Part shown: in pieces, positions 1 to 12,054 of the stretch
Layout: every line of letters starts with the position of its first letter
Position numbering within the stretch: the first letter of the stretch is position 1
Source of the DNA: Lepidodermella squamata
Taxonomy: Eukaryota; Animalia; Gastrotricha
Assembly (NCBI GenBank): GCA_047495785.1
Contig: JBLDXI010000010.1
Location: forward strand, 434,001 to 498,000
Length of the DNA stretch: 64,000 nt
Reading direction: 5' to 3'
Program-made: the position numbers and the translations under genes
Notes under the pieces: generated by a model
Database searches by the model: none
The model's input: only the letters and a program-made list of their open reading frames with translations
Told to the model about the DNA's origin: nothing

Positions 1-714
1 CGGCCACATAATAAATTTTACGTACATTCTTTCCAATAGACTTAATCCATCAATCTTCGACGGCGCGAGCGCTGATGGCATGTAACTCGGATTATCTGGA
101 AAATTTGGAACTATGGAAGCGTGGGTAGTTATGACGTAAGGTATTCCCAGTTTTTTAGCAACATTTGGACACGAAAAGCTCATCCAGTCGCAAACCAAAA
201 TGTCAGGCCGGTCATTGTCGACAACATCCTTCAGGCTGCGATTGGCGCCTTCATAGTAGAATTTAGTAAACCCCATGACCAGCTTGCTCTGGATGGCATG
301 AGTTTCTGCCTCAGAGGCTTCCCTGCCGATTTCAACCAGGAAATCTAGGGATTTTTGCTGGGAAATCGTCCCGTTCGATATGTATTCAATCGTCCCGTTC
401 AGTTGATAGTATTTGCCAAACTCGCCCGGTTTGTACCACGTTCTTGCCGCGTCGAAGAGACTTGCAAGTGCTGTGCGATGGCCACGCTTCATCAGAGCTT
501 TCGAAAGCGGTACCAACGGCTTTACGTGGGATCTTGAACACACATCCACAACAAATAAGGCATATCTGGGCCGTGCAATCAATTTCATAAGATCGGGGGA
601 GATGTTATTCATAATCTGATCCAGTTTTTCCGATTTGTAGCCTTCGATTGAACCATCGATATGCTTAATAACGAATAATAAAACAAATACAGAAAACTTG
701 TGGAAAACTGCCAT
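1..714 (-). CDS. UDP-glycosyltransferase copy 1 (5' part; runs off the window start)
   Basis: Open frame from ATG 714 to base 1, absent from the ORF track because it has no stop: MAVFHKFSVFVLLF...CSRSHVKP...KRGHRT...DRPDILVCDWMSFSCPNVAKKLGIPYV. Signal peptide and catalytic-His region align with the three other UGTs. No intron in this stretch. Confidence 0.9.
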   Translation of the reverse strand, partial: MAVFHKFSVFVLLFVIKHIDGSIEGYKSEKLDQIMNNISPDLMKLIARPRYALFVVDVCSRSHVKPLVPLSKALMKRGHRTALASLFDAARTWYKPGEFGKYYQLNGTIEYISNGTISQQKSLDFLVEIGREASEAETHAIQSKLVMGFTKFYYEGANRSLKDVVDNDRPDILVCDWMSFSCPNVAKKLGIPYVITTHASIVPNFPDNPSYMPSALAPSKIDGLSLLERMYVKFIMWP

Positions 715-981
715 TATCCTTGAGCACCAATTAAACAAAATGAAATGCTACTGCCGCCTAGGTTATGAAGGGTTGATTTGATATGCATATGCCAGCCCGA
801 AATTGGCTTCTTATGAGAGACACGTTTCTGAAACGCGTGTGCGCAGGTGACCATACTAGGAACTTACTAGGTAGATACGGAAACCCTTTTTTTCTAAAAA
901 ATAGCAATTATTTTTTTGTGAGGAACTTCTCCTGGCTTACGCTTTCCAATTTCACGTTATACAAAGTAGCGCAAAAGCAAT

Positions 982-2735
982 TTATTCTTTCTTAGATTTC
1001 GCTGATTTTCTACTGCAACAGAGGCGTTTCAAAAGCAGAAGAGCACCAACAACAACAAAGATTGGAACAGCAAATAAATCAAGATCATGCAGTCTATAAA
1101 AGGGTGCTTCATCCTCGAACATTCTTAGATGCTCCGAGCCAACAGTCATCTCCATTTCGATGATATCAACCGCCTCCTCGAAGCGTTGTGAATTGTAGTA
1201 CAAAGCCGCGCCGACTCGAGCGAGATTTTGCATCAACGTCTCTTCTTTATTGAGGAATCGACCTAGTAGCTCCGATGACTTTTTGCAAGTTTGATCCCGA
1301 ACGGAACCAGCGGTTTTGTCGATAGCAAGACCAACTCCTAACTCTGCCACCCTCATAGCGTTAACAGGTTGATCGGCGTAAATTGGGTTGACAACGACGG
1401 GCTTCTGGGCTAAAAAAGCCTCAAATAAACTTTCCATACCTCCATGGCTTATGAATAGGTTAACAGCGGGGTGGTTGAGCACTTTGATTTGCGCAACTCG
1501 CTTTTCCATTCTGAAATTGGGATAAGCTTGCAAATTTGAGAAAATCTCATCTGGAACAGATGTCTCGAGTTGTGAAGAGCCGTATGACCATAAGAGGTTA
1601 ACCGGCTGCTTCCTCTGATTGCAAAGCAGAACACCTCGAATCAAACCTTGCACGATTTCGTCCGTGGGGACGAACTGAGAACCGAATGCCATATAAATAA
1701 CGCTTTCATTACGAGAATAGGCTTCATCCAGCCATTTTAACAGCCCTTTATCCATTTCGTATATATCAGGCTCGACGATAGGGCCAAGTACATGGATGAA
1801 AGGCGACAAATAGCGAGCATACTCAAAGCCGAAGTAATTATGAATGAAGAAATGCTTGTTCCTGTAAACCGCAGTGAAATCCATGTTGTGAGCAACTCCA
1901 AGCTTCTTCCTAATCGATTCAAGTTCGTCCCCAAAAGCCTTGAAATGGTAAATCAGCTGGGGAAGCATTAGGAATTTAGCTTTGAACCGATCGAAGAAAG
2001 AAACGTCGTAGGGGCTTATTGGGGAGAAAAGGTTAGGTAGGAACGACGGAACGTCTGGCATGGTTGGTAAGTTTGAACTTCCACCAGTCAACACGAACGG
2101 TATTTGTAGTGAGCTGGCAACATCCGGACACGTCAGTGACATCCAATCGCATACGATAATGTCAGGCCGGTCTTTGTCACAGGCTTCTTTCAGGCTGCGA
2201 AAGGCACCTTCGTAATAAAGACGAACCATCTCAAGGCGCATTTTTCCGAAGATTTCCAACACTGAAATCAGGCTTCCAATTCATTCATAGAGTCTATTTA
2301 AAGAGTTGACATACTTGAAGCAGTTTTACTCTGTTTCACCATCTCAGCGGCAAATTTAGTCACTCTTGATGTGTTTTCTGGGTCGTTCGGCGTGAGGTAC
2401 TCTGGAGTGGTTTTCAGCTTGATGAATTTGCCAAACTGGCCGGGTTTCATCCATGATCCAGCTTGCTCACCAACTCCTGCAAAGGCTGTTCGATGTCCCC
2501 GTTTTATTAGAGCTTCAGACAGTACAATCATTGGTTTGGCATGAGAGCGCGATCCCACCTCAATCATGAAAAGGACATACTTGGCTTGAGAAACTAGTTT
2601 TACTAGCTCTGGAGACATGTTCCCCCGGATTTCGTTGAGTTTTTTTGATGTGTAAGTCGAGTCAGGCGAAGATTTCTCTGATGAGGCGCAAGCAAGCCAG
2701 ATGCATAGCAATCCAATAATGGCTGGCTGCTTCAT
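982..2735 (-). CDS. UDP-glycosyltransferase copy 2 (exons 2315-2735 and 982-2261)
   Basis: Signal peptide MKQPAIIGLL; SRSH motif; 53-nt intron GTATGT..TTTCAG (2262-2314, phase 1); UGT signature VAQIKVLNHPAVNLFISHGGMESLFEA..PIYADQ; C-terminal TM helix and di-lysine ER motif KSKKE. Confidence 0.93.
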
Positions 2736-2963
2736 TTTCTCGAAATTCAATCGAAAAGCAAAGGATTAATACTTGGGCCGCCTAGAAGGATGATTGGAAT
2801 ATTACTGATGTTGTACTTTCAGAGCCTAACGATACTACTATTTCGTCAAATGGCATGACAGGTTGCTCATTATAGGATATTTCCCTGTTTGCCTCAGATT
2901 ACAGTTATCACTCGTCGTCTGCTATCACAGCATGTCAAAAGCCGCATTCATTTAGACTGTTCA

Positions 2964-4887
2964 TTATGCTTTCTTTACTTTGCTGCGGTGAATAGAAGAT
3001 AATTTGCGGATAAACCAAATGAAAGTAATCATAAATGCCACCGGTATCAAATAGAGGTCTAAATCATGAAGCCGGTAAAAGGGAGCTTCATCTTCAAACA
3101 TTCTTAAATGACTTGATCCGATCGTCATTTCCATTTCAATAATGTCAATTGCACTTTCGAACTTCTGAGCGCTGTAGTAAAGCGCTCCGCCAGCTTGCTG
3201 CAGATTCCGCATAAAAACCGGATCTTTTCCTCGAAACCGGGATATCAAATCATGTGATTTTAAGCAAATTTCCTCCTCAGTGATCGGGCGATCTGCAGTA
3301 GAATAGAGAACCTCGGCTAAACCAAGCTCCTTCGCTCTCATGCTTGTCAGAGGCTGGTCGGCGTTGATTGGATGCAGCAGAAGAGGTTTGCCGGCAAGAA
3401 TCGCCTCGAACAAGCTTTCCAGACCACCATGATTGACGAATAAATGTACCGCAGGGTGATTGAGCACCCTGATTTGAGCAACGCGCTTCTCCAACCTGAA
3501 ATTAGGATGATTCACCAGATTGCTCGGAACTGCGTAATCAAGCAACGCATCGCCGTAGGACCATAACAGGTTAACCTTGAATTCTTTGTTCCTACCGCAA
3601 AGCAGTAGACCATTTATCAAGCTTTGCATAGTTGCATTTGTTGGCATGAAAAGCGAACCGAATGCCATGTAAATGACGACTTCTTTCCTAGAATGCACAT
3701 CGTCTAACCACTTCAGAAGACCTTGGTCTACTTGATAGATATCCGGCTCGATTATTGGCCCGAGTACATGGACAAACGGTGAGATGTAACGTGCGTATTC
3801 AAAGCCGAAGTGGCTATGCACGAAAACGTGCTTATTCCGATACGGAACTGTTGGATCTATGTAATCCGGTATGCCTAATTTCGCGCGAACAGCTGATTTC
3901 TCCCCAAAGGTCGGGTACAACCAATAAAGCATGCGTAGCGGGAAAATGAACTTGGCGTAGAATCTCTGGTAATACGTTGCTTCAAAAGGGCTCGCGGCGG
4001 TAAAAGGGGTCGGAATGAATCTTTGAACCCCAGGTATAACCGGAAGAATTGAAAGTGATGCAGTCGCGACGTAAGGGATGCCGAGTTGATTGGCTACATC
4101 TGGACAGGTCGCAGACATCCAGTCGCAAACCATAAGATCAGGCCTGTCGCTTTCACATGATTCTTTCAAGCTCCTGAACGCACCTTCATAAATAAGTTGA
4201 ATCCCCACGATTTGGAATTTCATAGCTTCCTCGAACTCTAAAAGTTCAGATCGGTCAATTATTGGAGACGTGCCGTATAGAAAGGGCCCTTATTACTTAT
4301 AGCCCTTATAGCCTAATATGAATCTGACAAAGGGGAATTGTGAGTGCACATTTTTTACAGCGTAGTCTCACCCCAATTGTGTGACGCAACAAAAACCATA
4401 AGAGCCTTTTCTGCGCGGCACGTCTCATTTTTATCTGAAGGGGTATTTCCGGCTTACGTGTATGATCCTCAGGTAGCTTGTTGATTATCGCAGAGATTTC
4501 AGATTTGAAGAAATCGGTGAAATTCTGGCGGATTTCTTTATCCTTTCCCGGGGTCTTGTATTGATCGGTTAGTTTAAGGTGGAAAAATTTATCGAAATCC
4601 CCCGGTTCGAACCATGAAGCTGCTTCGTCGAAGAGAGCAGCAAATGTTGTTCGATGGCCTCGCTTCATCAGCGATTTTGACAGATAAATCATTGGCTTGA
4701 CATGCGATCGAGTGCAGAACTCCGCGACGAACATAACATGCTTTGCATCGGCGATGAGTTTCACTAAATCGGGGGCCATGTTGTGCCTGATTTGCTCAAA
4801 CTTTACCGAAGTATACGCGCCATTTCCTCCAGCGACGGAAACGATGAAAACCGTCAACATCAGTGCTATTTTAAAAGTATAGGTCAT
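2964..4887 (-). CDS. UDP-glycosyltransferase copy 3 (exons 4458-4887 and 2964-4237)
   Basis: Signal peptide, TRSH motif, phase-1 intron GTAAGC..TTTTAG 4238-4457, signature HGGLESLFEA..PINADQ, TM helix and KVKKA. Confidence 0.93.
4265..4426. mobile_element. MITE inserted in the UGT copy 3 intron
   Basis: About 29-bp imperfect terminal inverted repeats GAGACGTGCCGtatAGAAAgGGCcCTTAT / ATAAGAGCCTTTTCTGCGCGGCACGTCTC; absent from the homologous 50-nt intron of copy 4. No clear TSD. Confidence 0.75.
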
Positions 4888-7028
4888 TGGTTAGGCTTGT
4901 TAATATTCTGATGAGGTAGCTTACTACATAGGTTGGTAAGTAGAAAATAATTTTTCAACGGTACCTGGGTTTTGTTATTCCATCACCGAGTGAACGTGTA
5001 CAGTTTTTTCCTCTTGTCTTGTTTTTATCATAATTCCTCCGTTTTCAGCCGTATAATTCTTCTAGTTTTGCTTAAGCAAAACGTGCGTCATTTCATTTAA
5101 GAAATAATAGATTGGATAGATTAAAGTTGTTACAACGAAGCGGCTGGTTTTTTATTTTTCAGGTTAAATGAAATATTCAATTCGCCCTTAAAGAAGTCGC
5201 CTAAGAAGTTCGCCTAAATTCATCGTCTTGCGAGTTTCCGAATGGCGTAAGCTCAAATGTGATTGGAGCAAAACAAAAGATCATTTTGGGGCGAAATTTG
5301 GCATGGGTTAGTAATAACTAAAACTCAAAACTCCATTCCGTATCCAAATGAGCGTTCAAAATTACCCGCTAATCGTTCAACTTCATCACTAATATTTTCG
5401 ATCGCCAAAAATCAGATAGTAATCGGGAAATCACCAAAATGTGCATATATATCGGGAATCACCTTGCCCACCTTGAACGAAAGTGCTATAACGGGTGAGA
5501 AGACAGAGGGCAACTTAAATCACAGAGGATGAAGAGAAGAGCATGAACAGGAGTGATGAGCAGAAAGAAACAGAGTCAGAAGGAAGGAATAGAAAGATAT
5601 TCGGACAGAAACAGAACAGAGGATAACTGAAGGACGGAGAATACAAGGAATAAATGGTAAAGGGTGGACTAGGTCACGAAGACAGGGAGCGGGCCCGACG
5701 ACAGGTGGTCATGGAGGACGACAACAGGCGACTTCACCGTCGTTGGCGGACGTAGGCGGACACAAATCCGTAAATTTGTCCTCGAAAATCTGGAAACTGT
5801 CACTAAGAGGTTGAAACTGGCGTTTATATTTATCATTTGACACGCAGGGGAAAGAAGAGCAGCGCAGCAAAAAAATGCAAAAAAACAACAAGCTATAATA
5901 TGAATCATAGCTTGATTAAAGCACCATTTACTCGATTAAAGCACCATTTACCACTAAAATGTTGCCTATTTTTTTCTCTACTCAGCCCAAGCTGATACAT
6001 ATAATATCTGCAAAGCAAAGAAAAGAAAAAAAAGCCAAAGAACCAGCCGCTATTAGGGTAATAGAGAATAGCGAAGAGACTAAAGAGACGAATATATCCG
6101 CTCTTGTATGAAGCAGTTATTTTTGTAGAAAAACCGGCAAAAATCCCCAGAAAATCGGCAAAAATTGCACTGTTATAAGTGAATAATAAGTAAGCTGACA
6201 AAATATTGATAGATAGCCCGGATATTACCAATATCCAGCTATCTAGGTATACGAAACTAATCATGTTTCGGTTATTCATTAAGAGCAATAAATTGCTGTT
6301 ATAAATTTATTCCGAAAATGTCAACCTTCGATCCACTGCTGTCAACTGTTTTCATTCACGTGATGATATCATCAAAGCCATGGTAATCACCTTTCTTAAA
6401 TCTCATCTTTTCTCCATATAAGAATTTCCTGTTTCATATTTTCTGTTATTTTATTTTTATATTTTCTGTTTTATTCACGCAACTGAGCAGCGGCGGCTTG
6501 GCTACTATAACTGCGATGCACGAACAACGCGCTTTTGAAACGATCAGCCCGCGCGTTGGAGCGCGTCTAGATGTCGCACCCCGCTGCCAATTACATAGGG
6601 TAATCACCCAGCAAGAGGCCTCGCAAAGGTAAACACGGTAACTCATGAGCGCCGCTCGAAGAGCCTCATTGAGAGATTTTGGCATATGCTGTTAGCTCAA
6701 GTCGCTTTTGCTATCTAAGAAAATCTGGTTATATGTTTAACTACTTGGATAGGGGTTGGGTATATAATAAATTGCGGGGTAAAAATGTGGGTCATCTTAG
6801 ACGTGCGCACTGATCACACCTTTCCGGCGCTCTTATTACGCTCTTATGACGCATAAAAACTAATCGCCAACGTGTAGCAACTGTATAGCTAATAAGCCGG
6901 CGCTATCAAATTGGAACATTGCGAACAAAGAAGAACCAATACCGTCAGTGAGGGCAAATCGAAGTTTCGGTCGAATATTGAAGTCTTAAAGCGCATCATA
7001 ACTAACTAAAACCGCTGATCAATGATTA

Positions 7029-7633
7029 GGGTAAGGTAACCTAATTCTGCATGAAAAATTTCGACTTTTTTCGGAGCCCTGCAGCTTCACCGACCTGGGT
7101 ACGGTCCCAAAGGTGCGAGCGAATAGCCAGAAGAGTTAAAATCCACCTGAAAAGCCGCATGCGATTAGCATGCATCGTTATCGAAATATCCCTATTGCAA
7201 TCACGCGAAATATAGCATCCGTTTTAAAAATATAGTGTTAGTAGATGTGCTCATGCAATATTTTTTGATACAGCACTCGTAAATCGTTTATATCTGAACT
7301 CGCCGTACTCGATTTACTCATCTCCACTCGTCTGCGACTCGTTCCGATTCGTAAATCTCGGCCGGCTCGGTTCAGATATAGACTCTTTACTCTTGCTATA
7401 TCAGACAAATATGATTAGGCAAAATTAAGGCAGGGTTCTTAAATTTGCGTAACTCAGTAAATTTCGAACCTAAACTGCATACTTCCTCAATTAATCCTCG
7501 ATTTCGGTCTCCTTTGGTAAATAGGGTAATTCGACCCTGCGTAACCTTTGGGTTCTACCCGGACCCAGGTCGGTGAAGCTGCAGGGCCTCGAAAAAGTCG
7601 ACATTTTTTATGCAGAATTAGGTTACCTTACCC
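7029..7633. mobile_element. Non-autonomous DNA transposon (MITE), GGG..CCC termini flanked by TA
   Basis: About 72-bp inverted repeats gggtaaggtaacctaattctgcat...gcagcttcaccgacctgggt and their reverse complement at 7563-7633; an inner imperfect inverted repeat at about 7268-7402. Confidence 0.85.
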
Positions 7634-7854
7634 TAATATAAAGACGGCGACGTCAATTTATTGGGAAGCACACGGCATATTCGGCCCATACCTTGTCAAA
7701 TTCAGCTTCCTATAAAATCGGAATCGGGACCACCGAAACAACCTAAGATACGATTTCATCAAATAGCATGACAAGTTGCTCGCTATATAGGATATTACCC
7801 TGGTTGCCTCAGATTATAGTTACCTCGATTAAGCATGTAAAAGCCGACTGTTCA

Positions 7855-9608
7855 TTATTCTTTCTTTACTTTGCTGCGGTGAATAGAGGATAATTTGCGG
7901 ATAAACCAAATGAAAGTTATCATAAATGCCACCGGTATCAAATAGAGGTCTAAATCATGAAGCCGGTAAAAGGGAGCTTCATCTTCAAACATTCTTAAAT
8001 GACTTGATCCGATCGTCATTTCCATTTCAATAATGTCAATTGCACTTTCGAACTTCTGAGCGCTGTAGTATAGCGCTCCGCCAGCTTGCCGCAAATTCTG
8101 CATTAAGTCCGGGTCTTTATCTCGGAACCGGGATATCAAATTATGTGATTTTAAGCAAATTTCCTCCTCAGTGATCGGGCGATTTGCGCTAGAATGAAGA
8201 ACCTCAGCTAAACCGAGCTCCTTTGCTCTCATACTTGTCAGAGGCTGGTCGCCGTAAATTGGATGCAGTAGAAGAGGTTTGCCGGCAAGAATCGCCTCGA
8301 ACAAGCTTTCCAGGCCACCATGATTGACGAATAAATGTACCGCAGGGTGATTGAGCACCCTGATTTGAGCAACGCGCTTCTCCATCCTGAAATTAGGATG
8401 ATTCACCAGATTCTTCGGAACTGCGTAATCAAGCCACGCATCGCCGTAGGACCATAACAGGTTAACCTTGAAATCTTTGTTCCTATCGCAAAGCAGTAGA
8501 CCATTTATCAAGCTTTGCATAGTTGAATTTGTTGGCATGAATAGGGAACCGAATGCCATGTAAATCACAACTTCTTTTCTAGAATGCACATCGTCCAACC
8601 ACTTCAGAAGACCTTGGTCTACTTGGTAGATATCAGGCTCAATTATTGGCCCGAGTACATGGACAAACGGTGAGATGTAACGCGCGTATTCGAAGCCGAG
8701 GTGGCTATGCACGAAAACGTGCTTATTCCGATACGGAACCGTTGGATCTATGTAATCCGGAATGCCTAATTTCGCGCGAACAGCTGATTTCTCCCCAAAG
8801 GTCGGGTACAACCAATAGACCATGCGTAGCGGGAAAATGAACTTGGCGTAGAATCTCTGGTAATACGTTGCTTCAAAAGGGCTCGCGGCGGTAAAAGGGG
8901 TCGGGATGAATCGTTGAACCCCAGGTATAACCGGAAGTATCGAAAGTGATGCAGTCGCGACGTAAGGGATGCCGAGTTGATTGGCTACATCTGGACAGGT
9001 CGCAGACATCCAGTCGCAAACCATAAGATCAGGCCTGTCGCTTTCACAGGATTCTTTCAAGCTCCTGTAGGCACCTTCGTAAACAAGTTGAATGCTCGCG
9101 ATTTGCAATTTCATATATTCCTCGAAATCTAGATGAAGTTCAGATGAGTCAATAATTGTTAACGTATTTCCAGCTTACGTGTATGACCCTCAGGTAGCTT
9201 GTTCATTATCGAAGCGCTGTCAGCTTTGAACAAATCAGTGAAATTCTGCCGGACTTCCTTATCCTTGCCCGGGGTCTTGTATTGATCGGTTAGTTTAAGG
9301 TGGAAAAAGTTATCGAAATCCCCCGGTTTGAACCATGAAGCTGCTTCGTCGAAGACAGCAGCAAATGTTGTTCGGTGTCCTCGATTCATCAGCGATTTTG
9401 ACAGATAAATCATCGGCTTGACATGCGATCGAGTGCAGAACTCTGTGACGAACATGACATGCTTTGCATCGGCGATGAGTTTCACCACATCGGGGGACAT
9501 GTTGTGCTTGATTTGTTCAAGCTTTTCCGAAGAGTACGCGCCATCTTCGCCAACGACTGAAACGATGAAAATCGTCAAGAGTAGCGCAATTACAAAAGGA
9601 TGTGCCAT
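7855..9608 (-). CDS. UDP-glycosyltransferase copy 4 (exons 9179-9608 and 7855-9128)
   Basis: Near-identical to copy 3 in exon 2; 50-nt phase-1 intron GTAAGC..TCTAG 9129-9178; signature ends PIYGDQ; TM helix and KVKKE. Confidence 0.93.
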
Positions 9609-11833
9609 TTGTTTGGCTTGTAAATATTCTGATGAGGTAGCTTACTACATAATTTTGTCAACGGTACCTGGTTTTTTTGTTATTCAGTCATCGTGCGAAC
9701 GTGTTGAGTTTTTTCCTCTTATCTTGTTTTTTATCTTAATTTCTCCGTTTTCAGCGGTGTATTTCTTCTAGTTTACGCGGAGTAAAACTCGAGTAAAGCT
9801 TGAGTAAAACGTGCGTAATTTTATATAAAAAATGAATGGCTGATGCCAAGTTGTTAGCGATGAGGCTGGTTTTTCACTTTTTAGGTTTAAATAAAATGCC
9901 CTATAACCCTTCGCCTAAATTCTCAGTCGTTTGAGCTTCCGAATGGCGTAAGGTTTGGGACACCTTCATATCACCTTGAAAAAACCCATTTTGGGTCGAA
10001 ATTAGGAAAGGGCATCCCCATAGTGTTGATCTCTCAGTTAAAGAAAGGAAAATGAAGATATTACGATTGGTTCTTGCACGGATATACCTGAACTACATAC
10101 GTTTTTGCTCATAATCATCTAATCTGTTTATAAATAGTTTATAATTTTTCGAAAAATTATTCCCGATTAACTGAATAGCTCACAATGCCATTTCCTAAGC
10201 AAATGAGGGTCCAAAATCACCCGCTATTTTTTCCAACTTTATTCGAAACCGTTTTTCGATCGCCAAAAATCAGGTAAAAATCGTAAAAATCGTAAAATAA
10301 TCGGGAATTTCCTTGCACACCTTTGTGTCGAATATCATAAATCTAGGAATCAAAACTCGAAACCTCGAAAAACAAGGTTTAGTCCAAAATTACCCTCGAA
10401 GTTTACGTACGTCTTTTCAGCAGTGACATTTCAGCAAATGAGGGTCAGTGACTTTTCATCAGCGACAAATGAGCAGTGACAAATCATCCGTGTCATGTCA
10501 GTAGTTATTTTTGATATTTCATCTTATATTTTTTCAAATTTATTATGGTTTATCGCAGTGCCATTTCGCCGCCAAAGGAAAGTTTATACTGTAACCAAAA
10601 GGTCGCATGGTTAAAGTTTGTTGAGTGCAATGATATATTATTTTGGTAAACAATTACTTTTTCATCACTCATTACTCATTAATTCGCAGACTTCAATCGA
10701 TGACTAACGGTCATTTACGCACCTTTTGACCTATATTATTCCAACACGTGAAAGCAGCTAACACATAATTAGCCACTACGTCATCCGGACTTTTTATTAG
10801 CAATCTCGTATAGCAGAAGCACGCACCTCAATAAATGACGATGATACGTCCTTGCCAACGGATGTACAAAACAGCTACTTTGTGCGATACACTATATCTC
10901 TGTCACGTGCTCATTTTTTTGGCTCGTCAAAGTGAAGTGCGAGAGTCAAAAAAAGCACGCACAAGTAACCACGAGGCTCTCTTCCAGCATCATTTTACGG
11001 CATACACCACTGCCGCCCGTTCATTATATACATAATGACAAGAAAAAATCTGTATATGTCTTGATGTATGTTTTTATAGAAAAGCTTCGGAGTGTAAACA
11101 AGGCGCTCCACTCCATTGAAGTTGCTGCTGCTGCCGCTCATTTGTCGCGGTCGACGGCGCACGTCCGAATCGCTTGGCTCAATGCCGCGGTCTTTTATCA
11201 AGTATCAAGACTAGTAGAAATTAATTCCCACCGCCTCGAAAATGTAGCGAATAATAACAGGTCAGCAGTGACGCAATTCTAGGCAAAAAAAAGTGCCTAG
11301 AGCTATTTTAAAGCCAGTTCGCACTACGATTTATCTAGCAAAAATTCGCCTGGATTAGGACTAATTTTTTCGACAATATTTTTGTTCGGCGTTTATTTAC
11401 CTTTCAAAAAACGCATCGTGCTATTCTATATCGCTCGCTAGCTCAAGTTGGTGGGCAAATAATAACGTACTATAAGTGCATCTCGCCTTCAAATGCTTCC
11501 TATATAACAAGTACAATATGTCAGCAATATAAACAAAAAAATAATGCTGTTTAGTCTCTCGCTACTACCTCGTAAAAGTAATCATCATGGCTTCTCATCA
11601 TTATCATTTTTTCTCTTCACCTATGTTCATTTCTTGTATATCTCACCTGTAAAAATTATTCAGAGAAAACCTTTTAGTTGCGCAACTAAAGTTCAAAGCT
11701 TGGCGCCAAACGCAAAAAAATGTCATTTTTGAATAATTTTTTAAAATATTTTACTCTCAAATTTTAAAATGGCCTCATACAGAATTCACGCATAATTTTA
11801 TGGGGTCCTGATGCTGTTACAAAATTAACGGTT

Positions 11834-12054
11834 AGCGGAACCAAATTTTAGAATATTTATTGGGCCTGAAACCACTTTTCAGAACTTCAAAAGATTTTTA
11901 TATAGGCCATTTTAATTCCAAATAAATTATTTTTTTAATTCAGCGTACAATTCTGAGCAAGACGTAGCCGTCACTTTAGAAATCATAACCAGACCCGAAT
12001 TCTAGGAATTTTTAAAAAATCAAAACTTGGCAAATTTCGAGTTTGGTTTCCACT
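11834..12054. mobile_element. Degenerate copy of the MITE at 16048-16309
   Basis: Shares the terminus agcggaaccaaattt, internal gggcct.aaacc..ttttc and aaataaattat..aattcagcg..aattctg, and the right end tttggtttccact. Confidence 0.5.

Larger units (their letters stand above)
2820..10325. repeat. Tandem segmental duplication carrying UGT copies 3 and 4 (about 2820-5475 vs about 7745-10325)
   Basis: Similarity extends beyond the CDS into the 3' flank (tcaaatggcatgacaggttgctc / tcaaatagcatgacaagttgctc) and the 5' flank (ttgtaatattctgatgaggtagcttactacata; cgaatggcgtaag; cgatcgccaaaaatcag). Boundaries approximate. Confidence 0.85.

Noticed and set aside
5480-6900. Purine-rich tract and hydrophobic ORFs (5669-6288) between UGT copies 3 and 4
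   Set aside because: Low-complexity composition explains the ORFs; no recognisable domain or TE termini.
10995-11282. GC-rich island with short ORFs, including a KRFGR neuropeptide-like string on the minus strand
   Set aside because: The frame is closed by a stop just upstream and no consistent splice sites or signal peptide were found.
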